NCBI RefSeq assembly: GCF_026210795.1 | Contig: NC_089431.1 | Span: 2,852,001-2,916,000, forward strand | Origin: Rhizophagus irregularis | Lineage: Eukaryota | Length of the DNA stretch: 64,000 bases | Reading direction: 5' to 3' | Part shown: one piece after another, positions 21,959 through 33,200 of the stretch | Layout: the number at the start of each line of letters is the position of its first letter | Position numbering within the stretch: the stretch's first letter is position 1 | Program-made: the position numbers and the translations under genes | The notes under the pieces: model-generated | What the model saw: the letters and a program-made list of their open reading frames with translations, nothing else | Database searches by the model: none | Told to the model about the DNA's origin: nothing

Positions 21959-22748
21959 ATGATATTGGAACAAAAGAAAAAAGGATTGATCAATCTTGCT
22001 ATTAGAAAGCGCTTAAAGGTCAATCAATATAAATCTAGTATTTCTCAGGATGAGATAAAATGTTGGAACACCTTTCCATTATCCATAAAAAGAGATCTGA
22101 AGAAACAGGATTGCGAGAAATCTCCTGTAAAAACTTACAAAGGAAAACTCAGAAAGCTGTGAAGATATATAAATTATTTGAAAAGGTAGGCGTAGATAAT
22201 ATTAAGTATATTACGACATATAGTGCAAACTCTATTTCTGAGTTGACTAATGATAAAGTTCAAGATATTATAGATAATTTCTCCAAGCAAAATGATAACG
22301 ATAACACCGATGTGGAAGAAGTATCAATTCACATGACTGAGATTTCAGCCGGGGGCCCGGCCAAAATTCTTCAGGTGATTCCTCTAGTCCGGGCAGTTCG
22401 TCCAAAGCTGAAGTGAGTACATCATTTATTCCCCAGGGGAGAATCAGAGCTCGGCTTCCAATTTCTATTTTACCTGATGATCCTGATGATTCCGAAGAGA
22501 AACGAAAACATATCATTGGGTTGGTGTTAAAGCGTTTTCCTTATCTATCCTTGGAGTATAGTGAGAGTTATGGCGATAGTTTTGTGTTTAATAGTTCAAT
22601 ACGTTGCCCCATATGTAATAAAAACCATGAAGGCGAAAATATAAAGGGTGGATGGAGTTCTGGTATATATTCTGGAGAACATGCTTATTACCTTGAATGT
22701 TATGAGGCTTATAATAAAGAACTCCCAATAGTATCTGTAAAAGCATAG
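21959..22748 (+). pseudogene. Paralog of the C-terminal half of 18007-19750, frameshifted
   Basis: KNLQRKTQKAVKIYKLFEKVGVDNIKYITTYSANSISELT, then VLKRFPYL..CPICNKNH..YYLEC. Confidence 0.65.
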
Positions 22749-23048
22749 ACTGAATTATCGTATATATTTGTTCTTTTTTTCGAACACTGGGTGGCTTAGA
22801 TATTGTACGTCATCTTTATATTCGTCATGTGGGCCGATCACCTGAAATGCGCAGTCGATATCGGTAAAATTTCTTGCCGAAAAGCACTTATGAAAAAAAT
22901 ATACTCCTGATGATAATCACATGAAATCGATGTGTACACCCCAAAACTTTCTGTATGAACATAGATTATTTGATGTTCATTTCCAAAATAGCAGTGATTG
23001 GGCGTCGCATGAAGTATTTAATGATGTGCCAGACCCATTTCCAACTCC

Positions 23049-23492
23049 TTGGAAATCCCACTCATTGACAAGATGATGAACGAAATTACAAGCTACATAA
23101 TCTCTCTGTTACCTAATATCCCGGCCAGATGCGCTTCTACAAACATATTCTCTCTATTATCTAAAATCCCGGCCGAATGCGCTTCTACAAATGCAAGAAT
23201 GGAGGATACTATGGGTAATGTTTTCAATGTAACCATTTCACATTGGAACGTAAATTTAAGAGCAGAAGAAGTTATGGGGCTGAATGCTATAGCCCAAGAG
23301 TTAGCACTACGCATGTTGGAATCTCACTATAACAGTCCCATTGCCGGAGGTAATAGAACTAAAGCGAAGAGAGAGACCCAAAGAGGTCGAACCACAGATA
23401 AGAAACCCGCGGAGAGAACCACAGCTAATAAAACCATAGCTAAGAAACCTATGAGAAGAAGCGTTAGAATTAAAAATATGAACGCAAAATGA
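23049..23492 (+). CDS. Hypothetical protein with an internal duplication and a basic tail
   Basis: 147-aa ORF with IPARCASTN / IPAECASTN duplicated and a C-terminal RRSVRI. Confidence 0.4.
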   Translation: MEIPLIDKMMNEITSYIISLLPNIPARCASTNIFSLLSKIPAECASTNARMEDTMGNVFNVTISHWNVNLRAEEVMGLNAIAQELALRMLESHYNSPIAGGNRTKAKRETQRGRTTDKKPAERTTANKTIAKKPMRRSVRIKNMNAK

Positions 23493-24305
23493 GTGGCCTA
23501 GATTTTCATTATGGATGCATCCATATATAGCTTTATGAAATCTTATATGCCCTGGTTACCGAGAAAAATATGTCATATCTTCCGTCCCTTTGGGATCATT
23601 TTTTTATGTTAATCGGGAACCAGCTTTTAGGATTCTGTGGAGATTAGTTTCATTTTTTTTCAATTCGAAATGTACACTGAGGTTGTCAAAGGCAACAGCA
23701 ATAGAATAACGCGTATTCCTGGAGTTTGCTTAAGCAAACAAGCACCTTATGAAATGAGATCAAATGCAGAACTTAGTTTTTTTCTTATATATAGTATTTT
23801 CTTATGTTTTTTGTTATGCCATAGGCTCATAGCTGATCAGTCTAATAAATTTGCGCAACTATATTTTTAAAAATTCTGTCCTACCATATCTAATGATCTT
23901 ACAATTGTTTCAATTTTTCCTGATGACAGTGGAATCTCAGAATAGGGGCTGTGCGACACTGTATATATTTCACATTAATTTTTCTGAGTCTATTTTTTGC
24001 ATATCATCTCCAGAGCTTGCGGGTTCACGCTAGTATCATACCAATAAAACAATATTCAGGTATGGATATTTTTTCCGATAATCTTTATTTCGCATATGGG
24101 ATTTGGGGGTATATGCTAATCCTTCATCATTTTTATTGATTTGCAAGGGATTAATGAATGACGAAATGCGATGCGTAATTGCTAGTGAAGATCCGGGGAA
24201 TGATTTCTCCTACGATGTTTATAAGTGCTATAAAAGGGTAAGAAGGGAACCTTTTTTCTCACAGCTGTTCTAATGCCTTATCCTCTAGCTGATTAACAAT
24301 CGAAG

Positions 24306-25250
24306 GTGGGCAATATGGATAAATCACATATCGAAGCTCTTGCAATAAATATCGTTAGTAAGGCTAACGCTCTCCCCTCCTCCAGTGAGAACACTAGTAT
24401 TCCAAAAGTAGATCCGTGCCCAATATGCGGGAATGATATCTATACGCTTGAACTCTCCGTAATCAAAGAATTTACCTTAGCTTCCTGTGGACATATTTTT
24501 CACCAAAAATGTCTCAAAGAGTATTTGGTGGATGGTGAGTCTAGTTGCCCTTATGATGGTTGTAATAGAGATATCGAAACTTTTCTCTCTTGGGATCTTT
24601 TAAAGGGATTGCAAAACCAGACAGCCCCCATAGACGTAGAAGTGCTTACAGAAGAATCTACAAACCAGAAAAAACGTTCTAGCGAGTTTGCTTCGGAAAA
24701 AGATTCAAATAAAAAAGCGAAGCAGACCAGGAAGCAGATTGATAGAGATGAATCCCCTACATTGAAAAAACTAATTATGGAGTTGACTTCTCCGGAGTCC
24801 CAAGAAGATGGTCTCTCTCGAGACTCCCTCATCACTTTGCAGTCACGTGTCTCTGAGATGGACGTAAACTCGCTTGATTTTCTCGATTTATATAATAAGA
24901 TTGGTACTGCTGAAGACAATCTTCGAAGAACCTTTCATGATTTGCTTCGATGCTATTATATTTTTGGCCAAGCCACTAAGCAGTTATTCGATCATTTTAG
25001 AAAAACTTGTAATGAGGATGCATCTAATGCTAAAGTTAACGATAGAATCATGAATCAGATTTCTGTACAAGATAAGCTTACCGAGACTAACCTTCGAAAA
25101 AGAAAGGAAAGGGGTAAAAAGGTTTTCAGACTTTTTAGTAATGTTGGTGGTATAGAAGCAATAGAACGGTTAAAGTCTTTTAATGCTACTACAATCTTAA
25201 ATCTATCCCAGATGATGTCGATTTTCTTATTGCTAGATTAAACGAATAAA
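24306..25250 (+). CDS. RING-H2 finger + conserved helical domain protein
   Basis: CPIC...LASCGHIFHQKCL..CPYDGC, and C-terminal NLRKRKERGKKVFRLFSNVGGIEAIERLKSF. There is a probable frameshift in the last codons. Confidence 0.8.
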
Positions 25251-25971
25251 TAGAACTACTGCTACATGTATTTTGTGTAACTCTTGATAATAAAGGGAGG
25301 ATTATTTTAGGGTAGTACGGCCATTTTTGATTTTTTATTTGTAAAGTAGTGTGACACTAATGTCACGGCTCTCAGAGCAAAAATCATAAAGTTTCTGGTT
25401 TTCATTTCAGCATATAAATTGTCATAACCCATAACTCTGTTCCAAAACTTTACCAGATTTTATTGGTTTAGCTGTGACATTAATATCACACTTCTCCCCA
25501 ATAAGATTTCGAATAAGAATCCATATGACTAAATTAGCCGATCATCTCGAACATGTGCATTTTATTCGTAATCATTTTTCAGGCTATCCGGCTAAAGAAA
25601 AAATCTGAAATCTGATTACGGCCAACCATCTCGTGATTTATCGAAACCCTAGAACTATTGAGGGAACTGGTAGAGATGTCATGTGATACGATATACAGTA
25701 CATCATGCCACAAACTGATTCAGCCGAAGATGCATGTAAATATAAGATTAGCTTAGCCCGAAAGATGATCCCAATCGAATTTGAGTTTAGTAGTGTGTAG
25801 TCTCTCTAAATCGGCTACAAATCGATAAAACCGCTATAAATCATTAAAACTGCTTATGGTATTTAGATTACATTGTGGTAATAAAAAGTATATTAACATA
25901 AAAACACGAATACTAAGAAAGACTCAAAGACATAGCTAGAATGTAAAAGCGATATAAGAAATAATAAAATG

Positions 25972-26145
25972 TTAGATTATATATGACAATTGGATCACAT
26001 CATTTTAGATCATATGTGGTAATTAGATTACATTATTTAGATCATATGAGATATCCAGATTATATGTGATATTTAGATCATATGTGATATCCAGATTATA
26101 TGTGATATCCCAGATTATATGTGATATTTAGATTATATGTGATAC
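25972..26145. repeat. ~18-bp direct repeats AGAT(T/C)ATATGTGATAT(CC/TT)
   Basis: About 6 well-conserved tandem copies at 26039-26145 and degenerate copies upstream. Confidence 0.9.
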
Positions 26146-26159
26146 TATAATCTAGAATA

Positions 26160-26207
26160 AGTGGGATACCGCATGAGATATAATTATATCTCATGTGGTA
26201 TCCCACT
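26160..26207. other. 48-bp loopless palindrome with one mismatch
   Basis: AGTGGGATACCGCATGAGATATAA|TTATATCTCATGTGGTATCCCACT: 23 of 24 positions pair, and the only mismatch is G26171/T26196. Confidence 0.95.
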
Positions 26208-26235
26208 ATATAACAATTAAGATTTCTTAATATAC

Positions 26236-26599
26236 ACTAGTGTGCGAAACACGTATCACGTGACTATAATTTGTCACCCATGTCACACCCCTATAGTTTT
26301 CCATTTTTACTATTTATTCTAGGGACTTAGAATTTTTTCGGTAGGAAAAACCTTATTTGTCACATATTATATGTCACACACCATAATTTCGGCCAAATTT
26401 TATAATTCCAATAATTCCAGCCAAAAATTACTATAATTCCAATTTTGGAAATTATAGTAACGTTATACAACCCAAAAAAGGAAATTTTGTTTCTCAGCAA
26501 AAATGAAATTGCATTACACAAAATTCCAAATTAGGAAATTTTTTATGCAGATCACCGGAAAATGACAATAATCACGTGACTCGTGTTTACACACGTAGT
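26236..26599. mobile_element. MITE
   Basis: Imperfect TIRs ACTAGTGTGCGAAACACGTATCACGTGA / TCACGTGACTCGTGTTTACACACGTAGT, with TATAC on both sides. Confidence 0.6.
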
Positions 26600-27808
26600 T
26601 ATACAAATATTATATAAAATTTATAAGTTTTGTTTTTTATTGCATTTGTGATATATTGCACTATAGGCACTTTAGGCAAAATTATGTAATAGCAGGTAAA
26701 ATTAAAATATATTAAAATATATAACATTTAACTAGAGTGATTTTTTATAACTGAAAAAATTCTAGGTTTTTAGAATACATATAAAAAATGAAAAAAAAAG
26801 AATATAATACAAGTGACAAAAAAAAGTGCAATGTATTACAAATGCAATAAATTATAAAATCCAAAATTTATAATTAAAATTTATAATTTTTAGCTTTTTT
26901 TTTACTTAAAATTCTTATTACATTTAATTTAATTGCCAAAAATTCAATGAACTTTATTAAAAAAATTTAAATGCTAAAATTATTAATTTTTTTTTTATTA
27001 TTATACTCAAAGGAATCGTGATAGATCAATATAAAGGGGAATATTTATAATTAACTCTTTATAAATATTTCTTTATAAATATATACTTTCTTTAAATATA
27101 TTACATAATGAAATTAATAAACCAGATCTTTGATAAACTGAATTTGAACCTAAACTATACTTTTTTGCTAGAACTAAATTATGTATATTAAAATAGTTTT
27201 AATATACTAGAATTTACTAGTAAAAGCTTGATATTTAGTACTATAATAAATCAATTTTCTAATCAGCTATAGTAAAAATAATTCAATAAACCAGATCATA
27301 TGATAATTTAACTAATAAAATTTAAGTAATATGAGGTGGTAAATCTTAATTTTAGCCAGAATTATAAAAATCTTAATTCTAATTGAAGTTATGCATTACT
27401 TATATTTTCAATTAAAAATATTTTATATTTATTTTCATAAATTCTATAACTTAAAACTAAGATGAAAAAATTAAAAATTAAATTATAGCATATAATAGTT
27501 TTATTAGTATGAAAATTTTTTGAAAATTCAGTATAATAGATTTTTAATTTTTTCAATATACCAGATATTCTGATAAACTGAATATTTTTAGTGAAACTAA
27601 TAAATCATATCCGGTTTATCAAATTTTATTGTGTATTATAAAATTATATATATAATTCTAAAAACAATACATTTATAATAATAATTATAAAAATATATAT
27701 ATATTTATAAAAAAATAATTGTAATAATTATAAAAATAAAATATGATATAGTTTATATAATTTATTTTAATAAAATGAATTAAATAATAAGTTTTATATT
27801 TGTAATAA

Positions 27809-28114
27809 GAAAAAATGTATTTGTAACAGCCTGTTACATATCTTATTTGTAACATCCTTTTTTTTATTTTTTTTTAATAATAAATTTAATATGTGTTTCA
27901 CAAATAAAATTTTTATATGCAAAATTTAATTTGGAAAACTTTTACTTAATGTACTTAAGACAGTTTTATAGACAAAATTTTAAGTTATAAGCAGTTTCTA
28001 CATGACTGATCTTTTGTTTTTGTTTACATTACGCCTGATCTTAAATTTTAATTGGATAAAATTGGGGTTGTTACAAATAAGATGCGTAACAGGCTGTTAC
28101 AATTAGATTTATCC
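27809..28114. mobile_element. Mutator-like (MULE) MITE
   Basis: TIR core TTGTAACAGCCTGTTAC..ATCTTATTTGTAACA mirrored at 28067-28102. 9-bp flanks TTGTAATAA / TTATAATAA. Confidence 0.75.
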
Positions 28115-29953
28115 TTATAATAAATAGTAAATTATTTAATAAAATATTAATAAATTAATAATTTTTATTTATATTTATTATCTATTTTATATATAAAATT
28201 ATTATTTATAATTAATATTTATTTATTTATTTTGTTTTACAAAATATGCAGAAATTTTTATTAAACCTATTTAATTTTATATATTATTGAAAAATCAATT
28301 AATTAACTATTATATAATAATATTATTAATTATATAATATGTAATATATTCAAAAAAGTATTAAATTTATTTAAATATATACTGTATAATGATTTATAAA
28401 AATTAATATAATTTAAATATTAAATTTATTTTAATTTACTAAATTTAGTATAATTTAAATTAAATTTATAAAAAGTTAAATAAAAAATATATTAAAAATT
28501 CATTTCTAATCTTTACTATTTATAAAAATGTCTAGTATTTTATTTATTAGATATTACCATATAATAAAATCTTTATTTGCTTCTATAGTCTTTTAAGATC
28601 TTACTTATTTATAATAAATAAAGTTTACTGTAGAAAATTAGCCTTTTACTAAATTCTATTGGTTAATTAGTTAAAAAAGAAAAAAATTATAATAATGTAA
28701 TATAAAATTTTCTTTTATAGTAGAATTCACAAAGAATTTTATATATGATTTTTACTTTAGACCTAGGAGTAACCTATTTTATAAGTAAGTGGAATTCTAA
28801 TCTTTTTTTATTTCATGTTATATTAAAAAATAAGGAATAGGCAAATTTTCTAAATTGTTCAATAATGTTACTTTAATGACATTATTTTTGATTCTAATAA
28901 CTTTTACTTGAGTATTTCCATTCTGCTATAACTTCTTTAATTTCAGTTTCTTTTTCTTTATTACTTTATGATTAATTTGATAATAAAAAGAAATAGTATT
29001 AAATTATATTTATTAATGATATTAATTTTTTAGTCTTTGGTAAATAAAATTGCTGTTCAATTGGATAATAAATTCACTTATTTTATTATAATGATACCAA
29101 GGTTGTCTGCTTAATATTACTAAATTATATTTTAATACCAATTTTAATTCTTAAAAATACACTGTTAAAGTGCTTTTTTTAATGGTTGTAATTTTCGTAC
29201 TAAACAAAAGAAATTATCCTCTGTATTTGATAATTTCTTTGCATTAGTGATATAGGCAGAAATCTGAAAACTCTTTAAAATTACAAAAATCATTTATTTA
29301 CAAGTTCAAATTTTGTTCTAATCATGTTATCTGAAATTTTTCATATCTTATACTATCTTTCTTAATTGATTCAGTTTATACTGACAAATAATTAACATTT
29401 TTAAAGGACACATATTATGAATTTTGCTTTTTATTAATCAATTTAGGTTTTCTGATATTTCTATAAAATGGAATTGAGTTTAAAAACATGAATCTCATTT
29501 GAACTTTGTTATAATATACACTCATAGTACAATTAAAAATTAGCCTTTCTTATTATACAGTATATACTAAAATTACTGCTATTTACACTACTCTTGCTAC
29601 TATACCTGCTAATTTATACATTTCTTTCTTTATGAATTCTTAATTGGTTATTATTAGCTTCTAACTATATACTTTCCAATTTTTATTCTAATATTCAAAT
29701 ATATTATAAAACCAAAAATTTTGAGCTTTGATCATTAATTAAATGGCTTATTTACACCAAAAATCTTTAAGTTTTACTCTTTAAAGTCAAAGTACATGTA
29801 GGTAATAATTACTAAAACAAATTTGCTGACTTACTGCTTATACTATAAAAACAGCCATACATATTTTTCAATTTGAATATACTTGCAATTACAATCATAT
29901 ATTCATATTTTATTTTATCAAGATTGGTTAATTAAAGTCAATCTACAATATAT

Positions 29954-30108
29954 GGGGTCTTTGCAATAGAAAGGTACGAAACTTAAAAAAAATTTTAATT
30001 TTACTTTATATGCTAATTATGTTTTTTTTACTGAAATAAATGCAAATTTAATATTAATTCAATTTTTGATATTTTTTGAATTTCATACCTTTCTATTGCA
30101 AAAACTCC
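29954..30108. mobile_element. MITE, same family as 57221-57380
   Basis: TIR GGGGTCTTTGCAATAGAAAGGTACGAAA / TTTCATACCTTTCTATTGCAAAAACTCC in ATATAT flanks. Confidence 0.75.
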
Positions 30109-30241
30109 ATATATTAAAATGAATTGCCTATTCTAACTTTATGTTACAGGCTTACAGTTTAAATTTTTATTTAATTTTAGATTTACAAGTCTTTTGCTAC
30201 AACATCCAGACTAAGGTTGCTTGCTGAAACCTAGGAGTTTA

Positions 30242-33200
30242 CACTGGTCAAAATTAATACTATCGGGTACCTATCGGGTACCTGATATGTGTACAATATA
30301 TGTGATATATGTGTATGATATTTAACAATGCTACACATATCAGGTACCCGATATGTGTAGTAGAAATGTAGAAAACTGGTGACACATCATGTACATATCA
30401 CATATACATCTTACATATCGGGTAGTTAAATATCGGTCACATATCATAGACTTATTGGGTACCCGATATATTATGATATATATCATATAGATATCATACA
30501 GATATCATACAGATATCAGACGGATAGATATAGGATAATAATTTCGTATTAATACTAGTAGATTTATAATTTAATTCAGGCAAAAAAATTATAAAATACA
30601 ATCATAATTTATATATTTTTTTAATTTTAATTCAAAACTTTATTACAATTTAAATTTATTTACACTTTTTAATTAAAAAAAAACAATTATACTAATTATA
30701 CTTGAATACTTGAATAAATATATATAATATATAACTTCTACTAAAAGTAGCATAAAAATAAAATCACTTGTTTGCTTATACCTGTTTGATTATTTAAAAG
30801 AAGCATTAATGATAAATATATTAGTAAGAGAAAAGAGAATGTTATTAAAAAATATTAGTATAGATATATAAATATAGAAAATATTAGTAGAAACATTAGC
30901 AGAAAGAAAAAGTTAGTAGAATAAAAAATGTTAGTAGAAAGAGAACATATATCAGTAGTAATATAATATTAATAGAAAATATTAAATAGTAAAAATGTTA
31001 ATATAGTAGAAAAAAATAATAAAAAATATATTAGTAGGAGTATTAGTAAAAGAAAAGAAAGAAACGAAAAAAAAATGGTAGAAAAACATTAATAAAGAAA
31101 AGAAATATTAGTAATATATACCTTTTTATGCATTTCTAGATATAATAAATAAAAAAAATATAAAAATATGTATTTCTGGATATATTAAATAGATAAAAAA
31201 TTGTGTTTTTAAGTAAAAAAAATTGAGAACGAAGAAAAGGTTTTAATAAGATAAACAAAAATGCGAAATGTAAATATTTAAATCATGTGATCACATGATA
31301 ACAATATTACGTAACGTAACTTACCGCATGTTATTTTATAGCCTGAATACATTTATAATTAAATTTGGTAAAATTACGTCGTAAAACAAAAATTTCTCAA
31401 TCCAAATGACCCCTTCGATTAAAAAATTATCAAAAAAAAAAATCTTTCCAAATGAACCCTTAGAAAATTTCTCATCAAAAAAATATTTGAAATGACCCCT
31501 CTAGTTAAAAAACTTTTTTAAAAAATTTCTTCAAATGAACCCTTAGAAGATTTATTAAAAAAATCTCAAAAAATCTTCCAAATGAATTCTTAGAAATTTC
31601 TTTATTAAAAAATAAAATGTCCTAAATGATCCCTTTAGTTAAAAAAATCCCAAAAAATAATTTCCCCAAATGAACTCCTAGAAATTTTCTGTCAAAAAAT
31701 GTCCCAAACGATCCCTTTGGTTAAAAAATTCTTAAAAATAATCTCCCCAAACGAACTCTTAGAAAATTCTCTATCAAAAATGTTTTAAACGATCCCTTGG
31801 TTAAAAAATTCTCAAAATAATCTCCCCAAATGAATCCTTAGAAAATTCTCTATCAAAAAATGCCCCAAATGATCCTTTTAATTAAAAAATTCTCGAAAAA
31901 CTATTTCCCAAACGAACTCTTAGAAAATTCTCTATCAAAAATGTTCCAAACGTTCCCTTTAGTTAAAAAATTCTCAAAAATAATCTCTCCAAACAAATCC
32001 TTAGAAAATTCTCTATCAAAAAATGCCCTAAACGATCTCCTTAATTAAAAAATTCAAAAAATAATTTCCCTAAACGAACTCTTAGAAAATTATCAATCAA
32101 AAAATGCCCCAAATGATCCTTTTAGTTAAAAAATTCTCGAAAAACCATTTTCCAAACAAATTCTTAGAAAATTCTCTATCAAAAATGTTCCAAACGTTCC
32201 CTTTAATTAAAAAATTCTCAAAAACAATCTCTTCAAACGAATCATTAGAAAATTCTCTATCAAAAATGCCCTAAGCGATTCCCTTAATTAAAAAATACAA
32301 AAAATAATTTTCCTAAACGAACTCTTAGAAATTTCTCTATCAAATGATACCTTCAGTTAAAAAATTCTCAAAAAATAATTTTTCCAAACAAACTTTTAGA
32401 AAATTCTCTATCAAAAAAATTCTCTATCAAAAAATGTTCCAACAGTCCCTTTGGTTAAAAAATTCTCAAAAATAATCTCTCCAAACGAATCATTAGAAAA
32501 TTCTCTATCAAAAAATGCCCTAAACGATCCCCTTAATTAAAAAATTCAAAAAATAATTTCCCTAAACACACTCTTAGAAAATTCTCTATCAAAAAATGCC
32601 TTAAATGATTCTTTTAATTAAAAAATTCTCGAAAAACCATTTCCCAAACGAACTCTTAGAAAATTCTCTATCAAAAATGTTCCAAACGTTCCATTTAGTT
32701 AAAAAATTCTCAAAAATAATCTCTTCAAACGAATCCTTAGAAAATTCTCTATCAAAAAATGCCCTAAATGATCCCCTTAATTAAAAAATTTAAAAAATAA
32801 TTTCCCCAAACGAACTCTTAGAAAATTCTCTATCAAAAATGCCTTAAATGATCCTTTTAGTTAAAAAATTCTCGAAAAACCATTTCCCAAACAAATTCTT
32901 AGAAAATTCTCTATCAAAAATGTTCCAAACGTTCCCTTTAGTTAAAAAATTCTCAAAAACAATCTCTCCAAACGAATCATTAGAAAATTCTCTATCAAAA
33001 ATGCCCTAAGCGATCCCCTTAATTAAAAAATACAAAAAATAATCTCCCTAAACGAACTCTTAGAAAATTCTCAATCAAAAATGCTCTAAATGATCCTTTA
33101 AGTTAAAAAAATTCTCAAAAAACCATTTCCCAAACAAACTCTTAGAAAATTCTCTATCAAAAAATGTTCCAAACGATCTCTTGGTTAAAAAATTCTCAAA

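Larger units (their letters stand above)
7032..26207. mobile_element. Virus/plasmid-like integrated island (PrimPol-D5 helicase + tyrosine recombinase + cargo)
   Basis: About 20 closely packed, mostly intronless and mostly + strand ORFs. GC content is visibly higher than in the flanks. Replication and recombinase genes are adjacent, and the right end has repeats plus a palindrome. Confidence 0.75.

Noticed and set aside
7032..26207. Calling the island a Polinton/Maverick or Starship
   Set aside because: No pPolB, retroviral integrase, protease or packaging ATPase is recognisable. The recombinase is short, internal and lacks evident Starship-captain features. The island's left part is missing, so this is not final.
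28500..29950. Decayed transposase-like remnants (also 41580-42350, 45200-45900, 58270-58700)
   Set aside because: Coding-like traces are too riddled with stops to assign a family by eye.
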